From contig CANMWZ010000012.1 in assembly GCA_947501605.1 (NCBI GenBank), positions 1 through 64,000 of the forward strand: a stretch of DNA of 64,000 bases, in the 5' to 3' direction. The notes under the pieces are model-generated. The model saw only the letters and a program-made list of their open reading frames with translations. It did no database searches and was not told the origin of the DNA. Origin of the DNA: Planctomycetota bacterium (GTDB lineage: Bacteria; Planctomycetota; UBA1135; UBA2386). Position 1 is the first letter of the stretch. Every line of letters starts with the position of its first letter. Below are positions 58,468 through 64,000 of the stretch, in pieces. Made by a program: the position numbers and the translations under genes.

Positions 58468-60963
58468 TCAGTTGCGATGCAGCGCTTCGTCGAGCGACAA
58501 CAGCAGGTTGGTGAGCACCGTCCACGCCGTCAGTTGCTCCGTCGCTGTCGTCAGCGTCGGGTGCCGATCGAGCAGGCGAAGACAGGTCGCTGTCTCCGCC
58601 GTCGTCGGTTCGCGCTGCAGCACGGTGCGGAAGGCAAAGTGCACCCGAACCACGTCATCGTCGCTCGCCGCAAGACACCGTTCGGCAAATGCGCGCGCCG
58701 CCTCGACGAGGCCTTCGTCGTTCCACAGGGCGAGAACTTGCAGCGGCGTGTTGGTCACTTGGCGTTCGACCACACAGTGCTCGCGACCCGGCGCGTCGAA
58801 GATCGACATGAGGGGTGGCGGGGCCGTGCGCTTCCAAAACGTGTAGAGGCTGCGGCGATGCAGCGCGTCGCCGGTGTCGGCCGTGTAGCGCTCGGTGTTG
58901 CTGCCCGGAAACGCGACGGCCTCCCAGATGCCCGGCGGCTGCGAGATACGCACGCTCGGCCCACCGATCGTCGGCACCAGCAAGCCGGCGATGGCCAGCG
59001 CCTGATCCCGAATCGACTCGGCCGGCAGACGAAGGCGCGGCATGCGCATCAGGTAGAGGTTGTCGGGGTCCCGCTCTAGCTGCAAGGGCTGCACGCGCGA
59101 CGACTGTCGATAGGTCGCCGAGGTCACCAGCAGAGTGTGCAGGTGGCGCTCGTCAAAGCCGCTGTCGCGAAACTCGCAGGCCAGCCAGTCGAGCAGCGCT
59201 TCGTGACTGGGACGCGCGCCGAGAACGCCGAAGTCGTGCGGCGTTGCGACCAGCCCGCGCCCGAAATGGCGCTGCCAGATGCGGTTGACGGCGACGCGCG
59301 CGGTCAGCGGATGGTCGCGATCGAACAGCCACGCGGCGAGCGCACGACGGTCCGCTGGCAACGAGGCCGGCAACGGCGGCAAGAAGCTCGGCGTGCCGGG
59401 AGTCACGCGTTCGCCGTGCAGGTCGTAGCGCCCGCGCAGCAGCACGTGCACGGCTCTTGGCTCAGCCAAGTCCGCGCTGACCATGCACTGCGGCAGAGCA
59501 GCATCGAACGCGGCGAGCGCCCGCAGCGCGTCCCGCAGGCGCTCGGGCTGCGCCGTCAACTCCGCCGCAGTTGCGTGGATCGCGAAGCGACCGATGAGAT
59601 GCCGCGCATGCACCGACTGGTGGCACAGACGAACTTCGATCGTCGTCGTCGCTGCAGGCAACGGCGCCGCAAATGCGACCTGCAGGTGCATCGGTTCGTG
59701 CCGGCCTTGCACAGCCCATCCGGTGGTCGCATCGCCGTCGATTGCACGCATTGGCTCGTGGCCCTCTTGCGCGTAGTCGGCATCGGCGGTCGCCAGCGCG
59801 ATGCGCTGCGGTTTGCCCTCGACAGAGGCGAACACTGCAAGCTCACAGAGCACGAAGTTGCCGTTGTCGGCGCGACCTGGACCGCGTTCCGGCAGACTGT
59901 CGTCGGGCAAGACCGAAAGCCGCAGCGCACGCACCGCGGCAAAGGAACCGGTGGCGCGCACCACGTAGTCCGCGCGCTCCGGCACCGCCCCGGTCGCCAC
60001 CAGGGACCCATCGTCGCGCGCTGCAAACGGCGTTGGGCCAACGGCCGCGAGATCGAGCCGTTGCCACCCAAGGCCATCAAACCCGGCCTGCGCAGCGATC
60101 ACCGCCGCATCGAGACGCTGGCGTTCGGCGACTTCGTGGACCCGCGGCGCCGGGATCGCCGGCGCCGGCGCGAGGTCCCCACCATCGTTGCCGGCCTCGG
60201 CGAAGGACGCGAAGTAAGCCGACAAGCGGTAGTAGTCGCGCTGCGACAGTGGATCCGACTTGTGGTCGTGGCACTGCGCGCAGCCGACCGTCAACCCGAG
60301 CAAGGCCGTGCCAAAGGCGTCGGTTCGGCTCTTGGCATAGAGGACGAGGTACTCCTCCGGGATCAGCCCGCCTTCGTCGGAGCTCGGGTTGTTGCGCAAG
60401 AACCCGCTGGCGATGCGCTGCGCGGTGGTCGCGTTCTGCAACAGGTCGCCGGCGAGTTGTTCGGTGACGAAGCGATCAAACGGCATGTTCGCCAGCTGGG
60501 CGTCGAGCACCCAATCGCGCCAGCGCCACAACGAACGCACTTGATCGCGCTGCATGCCGTGAGTGTCGGCATAGCGAGCAAGGTCGAGCCACAGGCGCGT
60601 CGACTCCTCGGCTGCCGCTGGCGACGCGAGCAACTGCTGCACGACGCGTTCGTGGGCATCGCTGCTCGCGTCGAGTTGAAACCTCTCGAGGTCGGCGAGA
60701 GTCGGCGGCAAGCCGGTGAGGTCGAAGGTTACACGCCGCAGCCACTCAGCCCGAGACGCCTCGGGCGACGGCGACAAACCGCGACCAGTGGAACGCGCAA
60801 GCACGAAGCGATCGACGTCATTGCGGGACCAGTCGTCCGCAGCTCGGGTCGCGAGGTCGACCTTTGGCACCGCGGGGCGAACCGGCGGCACGAAAGCCCA
60901 GTGCCGTTCTTGGGCGCCTAGGCCTGTGACCAACAGACTGGCGATGAGGAGGCGAGCCGCCAT
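58468..60963 (-). CDS. DUF1549/DUF1553 (PSD1) planctomycete protein
   Basis: HWAFVPP, RRVTFDLTGLPPT, WLDLARYADT, CAQCHDHK, HPLTARVAVNRIW, RRSLY and TNTPLQ. Confidence 0.93.
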   Translation of the reverse strand: MAARLLIASLLVTGLGAQERHWAFVPPVRPAVPKVDLATRAADDWSRNDVDRFVLARSTGRGLSPSPEASRAEWLRRVTFDLTGLPPTLADLERFQLDASSDAHERVVQQLLASPAAAEESTRLWLDLARYADTHGMQRDQVRSLWRWRDWVLDAQLANMPFDRFVTEQLAGDLLQNATTAQRIASGFLRNNPSSDEGGLIPEEYLVLYAKSRTDAFGTALLGLTVGCAQCHDHKSDPLSQRDYYRLSAYFASFAEAGNDGGDLAPAPAIPAPRVHEVAERQRLDAAVIAAQAGFDGLGWQRLDLAAVGPTPFAARDDGSLVATGAVPERADYVVRATGSFAAVRALRLSVLPDDSLPERGPGRADNGNFVLCELAVFASVEGKPQRIALATADADYAQEGHEPMRAIDGDATTGWAVQGRHEPMHLQVAFAAPLPAATTTIEVRLCHQSVHARHLIGRFAIHATAAELTAQPERLRDALRALAAFDAALPQCMVSADLAEPRAVHVLLRGRYDLHGERVTPGTPSFLPPLPASLPADRRALAAWLFDRDHPLTARVAVNRIWQRHFGRGLVATPHDFGVLGARPSHEALLDWLACEFRDSGFDERHLHTLLVTSATYRQSSRVQPLQLERDPDNLYLMRMPRLRLPAESIRDQALAIAGLLVPTIGGPSVRISQPPGIWEAVAFPGSNTERYTADTGDALHRRSLYTFWKRTAPPPLMSIFDAPGREHCVVERQVTNTPLQVLALWNDEGLVEAARAFAERCLAASDDDVVRVHFAFRTVLQREPTTAETATCLRLLDRHPTLTTATEQLTAWTVLTNLLLSLDEALHRN

Positions 60964-61021
60964 CGACCCAGCGTAGCGGCACTGGCGCGCGACCGGTCAC
61001 GCGGCGGTGTTCGGACCTGCG

Positions 61022-61111
61022 ATGTCCGGCAGCCACCCGATCGATTCCCTGCTTCGGCACGCCGAGTTCTTGCGGCGTCTGAATCGACGCTTTCCTCGCC
61101 TGCCGCGCTGA
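61022..61111 (+). pseudogene. Possible 5' remnant of an ECF sigma factor gene
   Basis: MSGSHPIDSLLRHAEFLRRL then a stop at codon 30; resembles the LLxHxxFxRRLA start of planctomycete ECFs. Confidence 0.3.
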
Positions 61112-61237
61112 CCACGCGACCGCTCTCGCCGCCGTTCCCGTGCTCGCCGAAGTGGTACGCGGCGGTCAAGCTCTGGATGCAGTGACTGGCGCGCAAACGA
61201 CGCCCGCACGGCTGGGACTCGGTATGTTCTGCCGCGC

Positions 61238-61486
61238 ATGTCGCACGCACCGCCAGCTAAGAGCCCACCATCGGGCGCGCCCAATCGACACAAGATGGTA
61301 CTGCTGACCTGGATGGGAATCTGGCCAACGATCACGACCGTGCTCTGGCTCTTGCTGCCACACCTCCTGCCGCACTTCCCGCTGCCGGTGGTCACGCTGA
61401 TCGTCACCGCGATCGTGGTGCCGTTGATGGGCTACGTGGTCATGCCGTTCTTGCTGCGGCGGTTTGGGGGCTGGGTTCGGCAGTGA
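61238..61486 (+). CDS. Small two-TM membrane protein
   Basis: PNRHKMVLLTW..IWP...LMGYVVMP.L.R.F..W pattern, like the membrane domain often attached to ABM-domain proteins. Confidence 0.75.
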   Translation: MSHAPPAKSPPSGAPNRHKMVLLTWMGIWPTITTVLWLLLPHLLPHFPLPVVTLIVTAIVVPLMGYVVMPFLLRRFGGWVRQ

Positions 61487-61589
61487 CTGCAGGAGTCGGC
61501 GAATCGCGCGCGGTGCCGCGTGTGCTGCGCGCGCCAGTCTGTGGCCGCCCATTCGCCCAGCGAAGCCCCTCTCGGTTACCCTTCGCCCG

Positions 61590-62402
61590 ATGGTCCGCAC
61601 CGAAGTCCACCGCATTACTTCCGGCACTGGGTTCCGGCTCGCCGATCACGATCCGCGTAGCACCAAGGCCTTCGATGGCGACAAGGCTGCGGCGCTCGAG
61701 CACCAGGCGCGTTGCAACGCGCGGCTCGAAGCCCTCCAAGAAGCCATGTACGCCGAAGGTCGCCAGCGCCTACTGGTCGTGCTTCAGGCAATGGACGCTG
61801 GCGGGAAGGACGGCACGATCCGCAGTGTTTTCGACGGCGTGAATCCCCAGGGCGTAACGGTCAAGTGCTTCAAGAAGCCGACCGAAGCGGAGCTCGCGCA
61901 CGACTTCTTGTGGCGCGTCCATCCGCATGCTCCGGGCCAGGGCGAGATCGCGATCTGGAACCGCAGTCACTACGAAGATGTGCTGGTCGTACGGGTTCAC
62001 AACCTCGTGACCAAACCAGTCTGGCATCGCCGCTACCACCACATCGCCGCGTTCGAACAACTGCTCGTCGAGGAGGGCACCGTGGTCCTCAAGTTCTTCC
62101 TCCACATCTCCAAGGACGAGCAGCAGCAACGGCTGCAGGAGCGCATCGACAACCCGGCGAAGCGATGGAAGTGGAACGACGGCGACCTCGCCGAACGCCA
62201 GCATTGGGACGACTACCAGAGCGCCTACGAAGACGCGATCGCGGCAACGAGCACGAAGACCGCACCGTGGTACGTGGTTCCCGCCGATCGCAACTGGTAC
62301 CGCAACCTCATCGTCTCCCAGGTTCTGGTCGAGACGCTCGAAGCGATGAAGATCGGAATGCCAGAAGTGGATCCGAAGATCGCCAGCATCCGCGTCGAGT
62401 GA
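61590..62402 (+). CDS. ppk2: Polyphosphate kinase 2 family protein (class III-like)
   Basis: LQAMDAGGKDG, FKKPT, HDFLWR, NRSHYEDV and APWYVVPAD. Confidence 0.94.
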   Translation: MVRTEVHRITSGTGFRLADHDPRSTKAFDGDKAAALEHQARCNARLEALQEAMYAEGRQRLLVVLQAMDAGGKDGTIRSVFDGVNPQGVTVKCFKKPTEAELAHDFLWRVHPHAPGQGEIAIWNRSHYEDVLVVRVHNLVTKPVWHRRYHHIAAFEQLLVEEGTVVLKFFLHISKDEQQQRLQERIDNPAKRWKWNDGDLAERQHWDDYQSAYEDAIAATSTKTAPWYVVPADRNWYRNLIVSQVLVETLEAMKIGMPEVDPKIASIRVE

Positions 62403-62555
62403 GCGAGTGCCGTTCGCTCGACATGTTGGCGCCGGATCATCGACGGCCTCGCGGCCAACCTCGCAGCGGTATCAGCCGATGGCAGCAGTCGCCCGACTCT
62501 CGCTGCGACACCAGACCCATGGACCTCGTCCGGCGCAGGCACAGAGCGACCGCTC

Positions 62556-63230
62556 TCAACCGCGCAGCTTGTCCAACGGCAGATCGCGCTTGTTGAGGTA
62601 GAAGTCGATCCGTTCGTACTCCGTGTGCGTCTTGCGCTCGGCGACTTCGGCCATGGTCTTTGGCGGTGGCACGATGACCTTGTCGCCCGGCTTCCAGTTG
62701 ACCGGCATCGCACAGCCGTGCTTCTCTGACATCTGCAGGCCGTCGAGCAATCGCAGCAGTTCGTCGCAGCTGCGACCGACGCTCATTGGGTAGTAGACCA
62801 GCGCGCGAATCGTCCGCTTGGGATCGAGCAGAAAGACCGAGCGCACGGTCGCCGTGCTCGAAGCGCCGGGATGCAGCATGCCGTAGGCCATCGCGACCTT
62901 CATGTCGAGGTCGGCGATCATCGGGTACTTGATGGCAACACCGAGGATGTGCTCGAGGTTCTCGATCCACGCAAGGTGACTGTGGACCGAGTCAATGCTC
63001 AGTCCGATGAGCTTGGTGTTGCGCAGGGTGAACTCTTCACTGCGCCTTTGGAACTCGGTCAACTCGGTCGAGCACACCGGCGTGAAATCGGCCGGGTGGC
63101 TGAACAGCATCACCCATTTGCCGTCCTGCCATTTGCTGAAGTTGAGTTCGCCGTGGGTCGTAATCGCGGTGAAGTCGGGGGCGAGATCGCCGATGCGCGG
63201 AATGCCGCCACTCGTGGTGCAGGTGTCCAT
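62556..63230 (-). CDS. Peroxiredoxin (Prx6/1-Cys-type), in frame with the upstream rhodanese ORF
   Basis: IGDLAPDF, FSHPADFTPVCSTE, LSIDSVHSH, TVRSVF, YYPMSVGR and PVNWKPGD. Confidence 0.93.
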   Translation of the reverse strand: MDTCTTSGGIPRIGDLAPDFTAITTHGELNFSKWQDGKWVMLFSHPADFTPVCSTELTEFQRRSEEFTLRNTKLIGLSIDSVHSHLAWIENLEHILGVAIKYPMIADLDMKVAMAYGMLHPGASSTATVRSVFLLDPKRTIRALVYYPMSVGRSCDELLRLLDGLQMSEKHGCAMPVNWKPGDKVIVPPPKTMAEVAERKTHTEYERIDFYLNKRDLPLDKLRG

Positions 63231-64000
63231 TTTGGGCTCTTGGTTTGGATGCTCAGGCGTCACTGTGCGTGAATGAGTCGGGGGAAACGCGGCGAGCCAA
63301 CCGGCCATGCCGCCTTCAAGATCACTGGGTTGCTCGTGTCCGTGCTGCACCGCGATCGTGGCAGCAATCGTCGAGCGATAGCCGCTCTGACATTGAAACA
63401 CGAGCGAACGGTTGCGCGGCAACTCGCCGATGCGCGACCCGAGGCTGCCGAGTGGGATGTGCACACTGCCGGCGATGTGGTTCTGCGCGCGCTCACCCGC
63501 TTCGCGAATGTCGACCACGAGCGGCGGTGCCGGCCCGTCCAGCACCGCGGCAAGTGCCGGCGGCAGCAGGCGGATGAGGCGAGGCAATGCTCGACCTCGC
63601 CCGAGCGCCGCCGCCTCAGGTGCAGCGAGGACTCCGTGCACGAGGTCGAAGCCGATGCGAGAGAGCCGCATCACGGCTTCGCGTTCGCGGCCGACATCGG
63701 CGATGACGACGATTGGACGCGCGCCATCGACAAGCGCGCCGACCCAACTCGCGAAGCGGCCATCGAGTCCGATGTGGATGCTCCCGCGTACAAAACCGGC
63801 GGCCAACGCATTGGGATTGCGCACGTCGAGCACCGTCATTCCCTGCTGCTGGCAATCGAGCAACTCGGCCATCGACAACGGTCGCAAGCGCGTTGCGATG
63901 GTCGAGTCGAGCGTCGGGAGTTGCTCGCGGTTCTTGGCTGCTGCCCGCGCGAAGTACGCTGGCGCCGGTGGTAGGTCCTTCACCGCCAGGTCGACGAACT
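63231..64000 (-). CDS. 3' part of an MBL-fold hydrolase/tandem rhodanese protein (5' end outside the window); no stop before the peroxiredoxin
   Basis: EFV...LPPAPAYF...KNR linker of MBL-rhodanese proteins; inactive rhodanese 1 and active rhodanese 2 (CQSGYRS, LEGGMAGW). Confidence 0.85.

Noticed and set aside
59137..60921. 594-aa + strand ORF
   Set aside because: Antisense to the DUF1549/DUF1553 gene, with no recognisable motifs

Overview
GC-rich bacterial chromosome segment, very probably Planctomycetota: it has a DUF1501 plus DUF1549/DUF1553 pair, a PVC-type GyrA QRDR (HPHGESVVYPTL) and several carboxypeptidase-regulatory-like repeat proteins. Most of it is core or housekeeping genes (murJ, rpiA, sixA, gyrA, mutY, fabI, cyaY, lexA, ispH, ppk2, two ABC systems, an ECF sigma/anti-sigma/RseB-like operon, and tRNA-Ile2(CAT) and tRNA-Arg(CCG)). 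The left ~4.2 kb looks like the edge of an island inserted at the tRNA(CAT) 3' end. No CRISPR array, integrase or transposase was seen. The most notable signals read from the DNA are: (1) four CGAAC-N6-CGAAC direct-repeat boxes (one with a mismatch) around a three-gene operon encoding an unannotated tail-anchored membrane protein, LexA and a CDGSH protein, a candidate SOS box and checkpoint module; (2) an ACTTTG-N5-CAAAG operator found at both a membrane-protein/wHTH promoter and the ispH leader; (3) an in-frame MBL-rhodanese-peroxiredoxin fusion; (4) degenerate versions of CysK and of a sigma54 activator. All calls come from motif recognition by eye; no database searches were run, and several start codons are best guesses.
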